A program made the position numbers and the translations under genes. A stretch of 64,000 nucleotides of DNA from an uncultured Gemmatimonadales bacterium (GTDB lineage: Bacteria; Gemmatimonadota; Gemmatimonadetes; Longimicrobiales; Gaopeijiaceae): contig CAWELD010000003.1 of NCBI GenBank assembly GCA_963809895.1, positions 1,248,001 to 1,312,000 of the forward strand, written 5' to 3'. Shown here piece by piece: positions 1 through 8,729 of the stretch (its first letter is position 1; every line of letters starts with the position of its first letter). The notes below the pieces were generated by a model. It was not told the DNA's origin. It was given only the letters and a program-made list of their open reading frames with translations, and did not search any database.

Positions 1-88
1 CTCTCGTGTGCAGTCGGTGCTGAACTGAGCCTTCCCGGGCCTCCCGTCACGAATCCAACCAACGATGCCGCCCGATCGCCAGGCTCCT

Positions 89-1414
89 TCACGACGTGGA
101 GTTCAAGTTGGGATTGTTGACCTCCTCGTCGAGCGGGATCGGCAGACAACGCGCGTCCTCGTAGGTGCCACCAAGCCGATAGGCTGAGCCCGGCTCCGGC
201 TCGAGCGGAAGGTCGTAGAAACGAATGTCCCCCATCCGGTGCGAATCCAGGAAGAGCTCGGCACGTCGCTCGTACATGAGCTGGGCCCGGATCTCCGCGG
301 CATCGTCGCTCGTGAACGGGGGCAGATCGACTCCGGGGCGCGTGCGGACGGCGTTGATCGCCACCACGGCTGACGCGTTGTCGCCAGCGGCAAGCTCCGC
401 CTCGGCGATGATCAGCTGCGCCTCCGCCCACGTGGCCACGGGTATCGGCGAGCCAAGCCCAGCGTACTTGTTCTGGACATAGATGTGTACGCCCGAGACC
501 TCACGTCCCGCGTCGATGACCGGGATGCGTGGGTCGTCGCTGTCGCGGAACGAGGGCGAAACCGTGAGGAAGTTCGCCTGGCTGTTGCTGTAGAAGACCC
601 AGTTGATACGCCGGGAGGGTGCCGAGGCCATCCCAGCGTTGAACACGAACCCGGCGGGCACCTGGCTCGCGTGCTGTTCCGCCTCGGACAACCGGCCCAT
701 CCGGGCCAGCGCTCGGGCGCTCCCGACATGGGCAAGCCCTGTGAGGTCCGCATCGGCGCCGATCTGCAGCGTCGTGCTGAAGTCGGCGAGCGCCCGCTCG
801 AAGATGCCCTGGGTATCCACGTCGGGGCCGAGATCGAAGGGCGTCGAGCACATCGCCTCGCCAAGCAACAGCGTTGCATATCCGGCGTAGGCGGCAGCCC
901 TCTCCCGGATCAAGTCGGGGTTCTGAACCCGGTCACCCCACTCGTCGACGAGCTGGATGAGGTGCTCGCCCTGGAACCGCGCCGTGTGAAGCGGCTTGTA
1001 CACGCCTGGCAGCGTACCCTGGTGTGGGGCCGAGCAGGTGCCGTAGGCGTAGGCGGCATCGAAGCCGGAGGTCGGCGTGCGCCGTGCATCGATGGCTCCC
1101 CAGGCTTCGCTGCCGCTCGCCGCCTCGAGTTCGTCGGAGAAGTCGGCGCTGAACGCCGAATACATGGAGAAGGCGCATTCGAAATCACCCTGCACGCCCG
1201 CCAACAGCGTCAACGCGTTCTCAGGCTGCTCGATCACCTCGGCCTGGATGCGGGAGGGCGCCTCCACGTCCACCAGGCCGTCCAAGACATCGCAGGCGCC
1301 CAGGAGAGGGAGCACCAGCGCAGCCGTGAGCGCCAACGCGCGCCGCGAAACACTCTTGGCACCATCGTATCGCTTCGTATGTGGGCTCATCGTTCTTGCT
1401 CGGTTCCTTGGCAT
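89..1414 (-). CDS. RagB/SusD-family outer-membrane nutrient-binding lipoprotein
   Basis: Lipobox LLGAC after a hydrophobic stretch. SusD C-terminal motifs (EAQLIIAEA, INAVRTR, YERRAELFLDSHRMGDIRFY, CLPIPLDE). Directly downstream of a SusC-like gene. Start could instead be the ATG at 1390. Confidence 0.85.
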   Translation of the reverse strand: MPRNRARTMSPHTKRYDGAKSVSRRALALTAALVLPLLGACDVLDGLVDVEAPSRIQAEVIEQPENALTLLAGVQGDFECAFSMYSAFSADFSDELEAASGSEAWGAIDARRTPTSGFDAAYAYGTCSAPHQGTLPGVYKPLHTARFQGEHLIQLVDEWGDRVQNPDLIRERAAAYAGYATLLLGEAMCSTPFDLGPDVDTQGIFERALADFSTTLQIGADADLTGLAHVGSARALARMGRLSEAEQHASQVPAGFVFNAGMASAPSRRINWVFYSNSQANFLTVSPSFRDSDDPRIPVIDAGREVSGVHIYVQNKYAGLGSPIPVATWAEAQLIIAEAELAAGDNASAVVAINAVRTRPGVDLPPFTSDDAAEIRAQLMYERRAELFLDSHRMGDIRFYDLPLEPEPGSAYRLGGTYEDARCLPIPLDEEVNNPNLNSTS

Positions 1415-1418
1415 GGGT

Positions 1419-4400
1419 TCAAAACGTCAGGTTGATCGTCGTCACGAGCGTGAATGGCAACGGCAGGACTGCCTGGTTCTGGTTGGCGAGCCCGTAGTTC
1501 ACCGGGGTGAATGCCTCCGGGTCCTGGACCTGGAATGGGTTGGATTTCTGCAGCACCCACAGGTTGCGCGCGGCGACCGTCACAGTGGCCCGGGACCCAC
1601 CGAACTGGTCGACGAGCGTCTGGGGCAGCGTGTAGCTGGCCGAGAGCTCACGCAGCTTGCCGTAGTCGTTCGCCATGACGAAGCGATCGGTGAAGAGACC
1701 CGCTTGCACGCCACACGCCGCGACGTCGACGGGATCGAAGCGCTCGGGGTAGACGTCGATTTCATGCACCCGGTAGATGGCGCATTTGAGCGCCCCATCC
1801 ACGTTGAAGTAGTGCCCGCCGAGGCGGAAATCGAACGATCCGTGCAAACGAAGGCGGTCGAACAAGGTCAGCGTCGTCGAGAGCGAGCCCTCCTGTTTCG
1901 GCGCCGCCTGGCCGAGGAAGACAGCTGGGGCCTGCGAGCAGGACACACCATTCCCACTACCATCGTCGCAGACCACGTTGACGGGATTCCCGTCGGCATC
2001 CAGATCCGCGCTGAGGATGCGCGTACCCCAGTATGAGTTGACGGGGTAGCCCGGTGTGTCCCGGTTCGGGATCCAGCCAACGGGGATGTACGGCACATTC
2101 GGGAGGTTCAACGCCACCACTTCGTTGGCATTGGTGGTCAGGTTTAACGTCAGGTCCCAGGTCACGTTGTCAGAACGAATCGGTGTGCCCCGGAGTTGCA
2201 GCTCCATCCCCGTGTTCTTGACCTCGCCGCCGTTGACCACCTGCGACGAGGGGAAGCCGGTCGAGCCAGCCACGTTGCGTGGGACGATGGCGTCCGTCGT
2301 CCGCTGGTTGTAGTAGGTGAAGTCCAGCCCGAGCCGGTCATCGAACAGCCCGGCGTCGAAGCCCATCTCGATCTCCTTGCCCCGCTCCGGACCGAGGTTG
2401 GGGTTGCCCACGTAGGTCGGCGTGGCCGCCGGCTTGCCGTCGCCGCCGGTGATGGGCTGGTAGGTCCGAATCGCCGCGAACGCCGCTGGCTGCTGCCCGG
2501 ACTCGCCATACGCCGCACGCAGTCGAAATTGATTGACGAATCCGAAGTCGAAAAACGGTTCCTCGCTGAGGACCCAGCTCGCGCTGACCTTCGGGTAGGT
2601 CACTAGGTCGAAGTTGGCCCCGAAGGCGCTATTGTCGTCTGCCCGGAGCGCGCCGGTGAGAAAGAGCCGGTCCTCCCAGGAGAGCTGCTCCTGGACGTAC
2701 AGCCCGACCGTCGTTGCCTCGACGAAGTCCTCTGATACCTGGCGCGGCCCCGAGATCCCCGCGATCGTCGTCAGGCCTGGCGCGGGAAACTGGCTGCCTG
2801 AGAGCGAAGAACCGGTGCTCAACCGTCGATAGTATTGGAACCCACCGGACGTGCTGCTGGTCAGCTTCTCGGTGACCGGCAGCTTCAGCGTCGCACCGTA
2901 GTCGAGCGTTGTATAGGTGGCATCGCCCTCGAAGATGTTCTTGTAGCCGAGCCGGTTCGTGGCGCTGAAGAAGTCCGCGAACTCATCAGGTACGAACGGC
3001 ACCACGATGGTGTTCTTCTCGTGGGTGAGGTCCAGCCCTACCTCGAGGCGCTGCGTGAAGAAGTCGGTCGGCTGATGCTCGATCCTGAGGCCGCCCGTGA
3101 CGTGGTCGAAGTCCTGATAGAGATCTTCCGTGGCATCCCGCACGTCCGGCCGGCCGAAGAGGAACCCCAGCGTGTTCGATTCCTTCTGCTGCGGCAGACC
3201 GTAGTATCCGGACAGCAGGTAGTTGCCATCGAAGGTGTCGATACGACCACGGGCGATGCTCAGGCTGGTGTTCACATTCAGCGTCTGCGCTGGATGGAAG
3301 CCCAGGTTCATTCGACCACTGAATTTCCGCGAGAGATTGCCCGGCAGCACCCCCTGGTCGCGATCGTAGTTCACCGCGGTGTAATACGTGAGATTGTCCC
3401 CGCCTCCTGACACATCCGCCCCATAGCCCTGCAGACGTCCGCGCCGGAGGTAGTCGAAGCCAACCTCATGCATCTGGTCGACCGCGTTCCATGTCAGCAC
3501 TTCGCCGGTCGTCGGGTCCCGCCACATCGTGGTGCCCATCGTCTTCGCTTCGTTCGGGAACCATGACGCACCCTGCCGTAGTCGCAAGTGGACGCGGGGA
3601 CGGCCTTCATGGCCCCTCTTCGTGATGATCTGGATCACACCCGCACTCGCTTCCGTCCCGTACAGTGTCGCCGCGGCCGGGCCCTTGATCACCTCGATGC
3701 GCTCGATCTCATCCGGATTGATATCATCCATCCGCGAGATCACGTCCCCCCCACTCGCGCCTGTTGACGGGCCCGTCGAGAAGGAGTTGTTCACCCGGAC
3801 CCCATCGACATAGATGAGGGGATTGCCCACGAACTGCATGCTGCTCCGGCCCCGGATCCGAACCCGTGAACCGGCTCCAGCGATTCCCTGTGCCTGCCGC
3901 AACGTCACCCCCGGTACCCGTGCCGTCAGCATCTGACTAACGTCAGCCACGGCCGCGAGCTCCGCGATCGGTCCTGCGTCGATTTGAGCCACGGCGTTGC
4001 CGAGAGAGCGCTTGGTCTGTTCGCCGGCCGTACCCGTCACTACGAGCTCGTCCAGACTGATCGCCGAGGGTTGAAGCTCGATCCGGATGTCTCGGTCTCC
4101 CGTCGATACCGCCTGCGTCGCATCCCGGTAGCCGAGCATCGCCACGCGCAGGGTCACCCGGCTGCCCGTCAATCCGGTGATTCTGAACTGCCCCCGGGAG
4201 TCGGTGAGTGTACCCCGCTGCGTCCCCTCGACGACCACCTGTGCCCCGGCAATCGGTTGCAGATTCCCACCGTTGACAACGACGCCTGCCACAACAGGCT
4301 CCTGGAGGTCGCCGATGGGCATGACCGCAGGTGGTCCATTCCCGTCGAGTCGCATGGCCATCCGGGGCAATGGGAGAAGCTCGGGGAGCCTCGGCTCGAC

Positions 4401-4760
4401 AGCGGCGGGCATGACCGCCACCTCGCCCTTGAGCTCCCGGTACAGAAGCGGTGTATTTGCCAGCAGCCTCTCCAGCGCCGTTCCGACGGTGGCTTCTTCG
4501 CACCTGCACGAGACGAGATGCTCTGCCGGCAGCTTGCTGGGGCTGAAGGCGATTACGACACCGGAGCTGGTGGACAGCTGTCGGAGCGCGACGTCGAGGA
4601 AGGCCTCCTGCACCAACAGGTTGGCCGAATAGTCCAAGAGGGGGCGGTAAGCCTGACGCCCAGTGCCCTGAAGGCTGGCGACCTCCTGGCCGAGTACGGG
4701 CGTGGCAACGGCGAGAACCAACGCGACCGCCGAAGCCACTGTCCAGGTGCGATGCGACAT
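1419..4760 (-). CDS. SusC/RagA-family TonB-dependent receptor with N-terminal STN signalling domain
   Basis: Signal peptide from MSHRTW, with GAGGAG RBS before the ATG at 4760. STN-like domain (LDVALRQLS..GVVIAFS..TVGTALERLL), carboxypeptidase-regulatory-like domain, TonB box LDELVVTG, SusC plug motif IEVIKGPAAATLYGTEASAGVIQIITKRG, C-terminal Phe. Confidence 0.9.
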   Translation of the reverse strand: MSHRTWTVASAVALVLAVATPVLGQEVASLQGTGRQAYRPLLDYSANLLVQEAFLDVALRQLSTSSGVVIAFSPSKLPAEHLVSCRCEEATVGTALERLLANTPLLYRELKGEVAVMPAAVEPRLPELLPLPRMAMRLDGNGPPAVMPIGDLQEPVVAGVVVNGGNLQPIAGAQVVVEGTQRGTLTDSRGQFRITGLTGSRVTLRVAMLGYRDATQAVSTGDRDIRIELQPSAISLDELVVTGTAGEQTKRSLGNAVAQIDAGPIAELAAVADVSQMLTARVPGVTLRQAQGIAGAGSRVRIRGRSSMQFVGNPLIYVDGVRVNNSFSTGPSTGASGGDVISRMDDINPDEIERIEVIKGPAAATLYGTEASAGVIQIITKRGHEGRPRVHLRLRQGASWFPNEAKTMGTTMWRDPTTGEVLTWNAVDQMHEVGFDYLRRGRLQGYGADVSGGGDNLTYYTAVNYDRDQGVLPGNLSRKFSGRMNLGFHPAQTLNVNTSLSIARGRIDTFDGNYLLSGYYGLPQQKESNTLGFLFGRPDVRDATEDLYQDFDHVTGGLRIEHQPTDFFTQRLEVGLDLTHEKNTIVVPFVPDEFADFFSATNRLGYKNIFEGDATYTTLDYGATLKLPVTEKLTSSTSGGFQYYRRLSTGSSLSGSQFPAPGLTTIAGISGPRQVSEDFVEATTVGLYVQEQLSWEDRLFLTGALRADDNSAFGANFDLVTYPKVSASWVLSEEPFFDFGFVNQFRLRAAYGESGQQPAAFAAIRTYQPITGGDGKPAATPTYVGNPNLGPERGKEIEMGFDAGLFDDRLGLDFTYYNQRTTDAIVPRNVAGSTGFPSSQVVNGGEVKNTGMELQLRGTPIRSDNVTWDLTLNLTTNANEVVALNLPNVPYIPVGWIPNRDTPGYPVNSYWGTRILSADLDADGNPVNVVCDDGSGNGVSCSQAPAVFLGQAAPKQEGSLSTTLTLFDRLRLHGSFDFRLGGHYFNVDGALKCAIYRVHEIDVYPERFDPVDVAACGVQAGLFTDRFVMANDYGKLRELSASYTLPQTLVDQFGGSRATVTVAARNLWVLQKSNPFQVQDPEAFTPVNYGLANQNQAVLPLPFTLVTTINLTF

Positions 4761-4829
4761 GCTCCTCACTCCCCTGTTGAGATTCGCTGCTCGGTGAGAC
4801 GCCGAAGGCAGCTCACTTGCATCCATTCC

Positions 4830-5801
4830 CTATGTGGGCCGGACGACGATGGAGTCGTCCCGCATGGTGTATTCCGCACCGACTATGGCGCAGAGCACCT
4901 CCAGGACCTCGTCCAGCGGCCGGTCGGAGAACCATGCATCCACCGTCGCTTCCATAAGAGCCGAGTCGGCGATGGTGATGGTGGCACTGTAGTGCTGCTC
5001 CACTTCGGCCAGGGCGACCCGCAACGGCGTGGATTGGAAGGCGAGGAAATTGCCGGTCCACTGCAGATCCGCCTGGACGTCCTGCACGGACTCCACCGGC
5101 AGCGCCGCGCCCCGTGCCACGCCCGTTTCCTGTCCCGCCCGGGCCTCTCTCCGCTGTCCATTCACCGAGACAGCCACATGTCCTTGCACGACCACGACCC
5201 GTAGATGCTCCGGTTGCGCCGACAGGTCGAAGCGCGTCCCGAGGACCTCCACGTCACCGCTGTTGGTGTGGATCCGGAATGGGTGGTCCGGATCCGACGC
5301 GACCGCGAAATAGCCGCGTCCGGCGAAAGTGACCTCGCGCTTGCCGCCGGCCGTCCGCTTGAGTCGGCTGTCGGGCGCCAAGCGGACCACCGTTCCGTCG
5401 TGGAGGCTCACGGTTGCCTTCTGGAAGGGTCCCGTAACGAATTCATCCGCTGTGAAGCTCGACGTCTCGGGGCCCCGGTCTCGGATTTCGGCGAGGCTGA
5501 TGCCCAGGACTACGAGCCCGGCCGCGGCCAGGGTGCGGAGCCCCCACCGCCGTAACGGCCAGCGCACCGCGTTGCCGGTCCATTGCGATTCGGCGCGGCG
5601 AATGAGCTCCGCTGGCTTCGACAACTGCGGCGCCGGTCGGGAAGCTTCACTCTCCGAGCTCGCCGCCAGGATCCGTTCGTAGGCCCGATATTCCTGCTCG
5701 TTTTCCGCCCGGGCCCTTCGCCATGCCTCGACGGCCGCGCGCTCACTCTCGCTGCACCGGTTCTTCAAGGCCAGGAAGATCAGCTCGGTATCTATGTTCA
5801 T
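4830..5801 (-). CDS. FecR-family anti-sigma factor / transmembrane sensor
   Basis: N-terminal E..AVEAW..A..EN motif, one TM helix, FecR motifs LHDGTVVRLAPDSRL and VEVLGTRFDL, C-terminal F.STPL..AL.EVEQHY domain. Directly upstream of the STN-containing receptor. Confidence 0.9.
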   Translation of the reverse strand: MNIDTELIFLALKNRCSESERAAVEAWRRARAENEQEYRAYERILAASSESEASRPAPQLSKPAELIRRAESQWTGNAVRWPLRRWGLRTLAAAGLVVLGISLAEIRDRGPETSSFTADEFVTGPFQKATVSLHDGTVVRLAPDSRLKRTAGGKREVTFAGRGYFAVASDPDHPFRIHTNSGDVEVLGTRFDLSAQPEHLRVVVVQGHVAVSVNGQRREARAGQETGVARGAALPVESVQDVQADLQWTGNFLAFQSTPLRVALAEVEQHYSATITIADSALMEATVDAWFSDRPLDEVLEVLCAIVGAEYTMRDDSIVVRPT

Positions 5802-5846
5802 CAGCAGTTGGTTCAGGTTGAGGCCTGGTCCGTCACGTTCAGGAGC

Positions 5847-5876
5847 AAGACGAAAGCACCCAGGCTCTTGTACCTA
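5847..5876 (-). promoter_or_regulatory. Candidate ECF sigma-factor promoter for fecR-susC-susD
   Basis: Minus strand reads TAGGTAC-N17-CGTCTT about 45 nt before the fecR ATG. CGTC is a common ECF -10 core. Pattern match only. Confidence 0.35.
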
Positions 5877-5965
5877 TCGCCCAGGAGCTCAGGTAGCCGT
5901 TGGACGGTTGTCGCGGTATCAGGAGGTGTCGATCAGCCCCAGTTGGTCCGGGGGCGCAGGAGTAG

Positions 5966-6620
5966 GTCGCCTCACCTGCCCCGTCCGACTTCGGTCACGG
6001 CCTCGGATCGAACCTTGCTATCGGTCCTCGCTCCGCGAGTCCCGGCGCACCCACGCGTTCCGCGCGGGTCCCCGCGCCTCCCGACCGCCTCGACCTTGCA
6101 GGTGTTCCCAAACGCGAAAGGCCTGACCACCAGATCGGTGATCAGGCCTTTCAGCATGGAGGCGGCGGGAGTAAGCTGCGGCGCGCCTCACGGCGCGTCC
6201 TCGCTTTCCTCGGCAGGGTCGGTGAGCCCACTCGCCCGCTGAACACGTTGCCTCGCCTACTCCGCCCGACTTCGGTCATGGCCTCGGATCGAACCTCGCT
6301 ACCAGCGCTCTCGCTTCGCTCGACCGCTGGCGGGTTCGCCTCCCGCCGCCTCGGCCCAACTGGTATTCCCATACCCGAAAGGCCTGACCACCGAATCGGT
6401 GATCAGGCCTTTCAGCATGGAGGCGGCGGGAGTAAGCTGCGGCGCGCCTGACGGCGCGTCCTCGCTTTCCTCGGCAGGGTCGGTGGACCTGCTCGCCCGC
6501 TGAACGCCTTGCCTCGCCTACTCCGCCCGACTTCGGTCATGGCCTCGGATCGAACCTCGCTACCAGCGCTCTCGCTTCGCTCGACCGCTGGCGGGTTCGC
6601 CTCCCGCCGCCTCCACTCGG
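5966..6620. repeat. Tandem array (261-bp period, ~2.5 units) containing tmRNA 3'-end copies
   Basis: Near-identical units start at 6116 and 6377 (GAAAGGCCTGACCACC...), with a degenerate partial unit at ~5966-6115. TGGAGGCGGCGGGAGT at 6157 and 6418 is identical to tmRNA positions 6664-6679. Confidence 0.95.
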
Positions 6621-6623
6621 CAT

Positions 6624-6661
6624 AAACAAAACGGCCCTACCGGGCTGAGCCGGTAGGGCCG
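6624..6661 (-). terminator. Rho-independent terminator of ssrA
   Basis: Minus strand CGGCCCTACCGG-loop-CCGGTAGGGCCG followed by TTTTGTTT, immediately after the tmRNA 3' end. Confidence 0.85.
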
Positions 6662-6663
6662 AG

Positions 6664-7015
6664 TGGAGGCGGCGGGAGTCGAACCCGCGTCCGCGAATGG
6701 GTCCCTTCGAGCTTCTACGTGCGTAGAGCGTTGGGTGTCTCGCCGCCGGCCGGCCAACGCACAACCGGACCAGGGCCAGTCATCTGAAATCTCACCTGCG
6801 GCAGGATGACGCTACCGCGAGGCCAGCCCGACTCATCGTCGTCTGCAGGAGCCGCCTCGGGCGGGCGACTCAGGAGACGGGCACGTAAGGGTTACTTACG
6901 CAGCCAGCGCCAGATCAGTGTTGGCAGCTATTGGTTTTCCCGAGGATTTACGAGGTATCGGGACCTCGGCACGCTACTCGAACTTCACCAAACACGTCGA
7001 AACCGTGACGCCCCC
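6664..7015 (-). ncRNA. ssrA: tmRNA (transfer-messenger RNA); tag reading frame 6896-6925 encodes ANTDLALAA*
   Basis: 5' end GGGGGCGTCACGGTTTCGAC and 3' end GACGCGGGTTCGACTCCCGCCGCCTCCA. The 7-bp acceptor stem has the G3-U alanine determinant and there is a T-arm. The internal tag ends LALAA-TAA. Length 352 nt; CCA is not genomically complete. Possible -10 TAGGAT at 7036-7041. Confidence 0.97.
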
Positions 7016-7105
7016 GTTTTTTCAATCAGCGTTCCATCCTACCCGGCCCCCGGGGCTGGGGTCCGTCCTCCTGAGACCGAGCCAATTCGGAGGCCCGGAT
7101 CTCGA

Positions 7106-8134
7106 TCAGCCGGCTGCGCCCGCGACCTGAACCTCAGCGGCATCGCGGCGGGCGGCCGACGCCTCCAGATATCCTTCCAGAAGCCCCTCCACGTGTCGCA
7201 ACGAGGCCACCTGGAAGAGCTCGGCGCGGAGCGCCTTTCCGTTGGGTAGTCCCTTCGTGTACCAGCCGAGATGCTTGCGGAACTCGCGCATGGCCCGGTT
7301 CTCGTCGCGCTCGAAGGCGATGGCGTTGCGGGCGTGTCGGAGGCAGATGTGGAACCGCTCTTCGACGGTGGGCGCAGACGGCGCCGGAACGCCGTCCAGG
7401 GCGGCCCGGGCCTCCGCGAAGATCCAGGGATTCCCGTGGCTGCCCCGAGCGATCATGATCCCGTCGCAGCCCGTCTCGTCCAGCATGCGGCGCGCATCGG
7501 CACCGGTGCGGATGTCGCCGTTACCCACCACGGGCACGTCCAGCGCGTCCGCCACCGCGGCGATCTCGTCCCAGCGGGCCTGACCCGAATACATGTCGGC
7601 CCGGGTGCGGGGATGCAGCGTGACCATGCGGGCGCCGGCGTTCTGACAGCGCAGCGCGATGGTCACGGGGTCCCGGGTCTTCTCGTCGAAACCGCTCCGG
7701 ATCTTGGCGGTCACGGGCAGGGGCGTCGCCTCGTCGACGGCCCGGATGATCGCGTCCACCAGATCCAGATCCCTCAGGCAGCCGCTGCCTCCGTTGCGCT
7801 TCACGATCTTCTTGACCGGACAGCCGAAGTTGATGTCCACGAAGTCCGGGCCGAAGGCCTCCGTGACGAAGGCTGCGGCCTCGCCCATGGCCCCGGGATC
7901 GGATCCGAAGATCTGCACGCCGATGGGCCGCTCGACTTCGTCGAAGTGGAGGTATTCGAGGGTGCGCTCGTTGCCCCGCACGATGCCCTCGGCGCTGACG
8001 AACTCGCTCACCACGACATCGGCACCGAAGTCCCGACAGAGCCGACGGAACGGCGATTCGCTCACACCCGCCTGGGGCGCGAGGAAGAGGGGCGTGCGCC
8101 CCTCGAAGAGCCTGTCGATCAGATCGTGAGCCAT
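7106..8134 (-). CDS. dusB: tRNA-dihydrouridine synthase B
   Basis: LAPQAGV, DINFGCPVKK, KIRSG, LHPRTR, GNGDI and FRKHLGWY motifs. Confidence 0.92.
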   Translation of the reverse strand: MAHDLIDRLFEGRTPLFLAPQAGVSESPFRRLCRDFGADVVVSEFVSAEGIVRGNERTLEYLHFDEVERPIGVQIFGSDPGAMGEAAAFVTEAFGPDFVDINFGCPVKKIVKRNGGSGCLRDLDLVDAIIRAVDEATPLPVTAKIRSGFDEKTRDPVTIALRCQNAGARMVTLHPRTRADMYSGQARWDEIAAVADALDVPVVGNGDIRTGADARRMLDETGCDGIMIARGSHGNPWIFAEARAALDGVPAPSAPTVEERFHICLRHARNAIAFERDENRAMREFRKHLGWYTKGLPNGKALRAELFQVASLRHVEGLLEGYLEASAARRDAAEVQVAGAAG

Positions 8135-8276
8135 GGCTTCAAGCTACGATCCTCCAGGTGATGCGTGAAGGTCCAGGGCGTCGGGCGTCACCTTGGGTAA
8201 TCCCCCGGATTCCAGTATGATAGAAGTTCTGTCATGACACTGAATCGTATCGCATGGACCTCCCGGAGGCCGGCGT

Positions 8277-8729
8277 ATGAAGCTGCGGGAATTCTTCACT
8301 GCCGAGGCGGTGAACCTCGACCTCGAATCCGATACCAAGGATGACCTCCTCAAGGAGATGATCTCTCTTCTGGACCTGGACCCCAAGTCCGAGGCCATCC
8401 TCTTCAAGACCCTCAAGCGGCGCGAGAACCTGGGCAGCACGGGCATCGGCAAGGGCATCGCCATCCCCCATTGCCGCTCGCTGGTGGTGAACCGGCTCCG
8501 TCTCGCCTACGGACGCAAGCCCGACGGTGTGGACTTCAACGCCATCGACGCCCAGCCCGTCCACAATTTCTTCCTCATCGTGGCCCCTCCGCTGGAGGTC
8601 TCCAACCAGTACCTGCCGGTGCTGGGGAAGATCGCCCAGTTCGCCAAGGATCCCGACGTTCCCGGACGCCTCCGGGACCTCTCCAGCGCCGACCAGTTTC
8701 TCGCGCTGCTGGAAGACAAGGCGTCGTGA
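8277..8729 (+). CDS. ptsN: PTS EIIA type-2 (Ntr/fructose-mannitol family) protein, PtsN-like
   Basis: RENLGSTGIGKGIAIPHCR phospho-His motif, GVDFNAIDAQPV, GGAGG RBS. Confidence 0.8.
   Translation: MKLREFFTAEAVNLDLESDTKDDLLKEMISLLDLDPKSEAILFKTLKRRENLGSTGIGKGIAIPHCRSLVVNRLRLAYGRKPDGVDFNAIDAQPVHNFFLIVAPPLEVSNQYLPVLGKIAQFAKDPDVPGRLRDLSSADQFLALLEDKAS

Noticed and set aside
5966..6620. CRISPR array interpretation of the repeats next to ssrA
   Set aside because: Whole 261-bp units are repeated, with no unique spacers between short repeats, and there are no cas genes in the window.
6330..6620. tRNA genes at the GGTTCG..TCCC motifs in the repeats
   Set aside because: Only T-arm/acceptor fragments matching tmRNA are present; there are no D or anticodon arms.
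5583..6764. Short ORFs across the repeat array and tmRNA (e.g. 5972-6157, 6151-6372, 6537-6764)
   Set aside because: They are translations of the repeat or RNA gene, with no RBS or protein-like composition.
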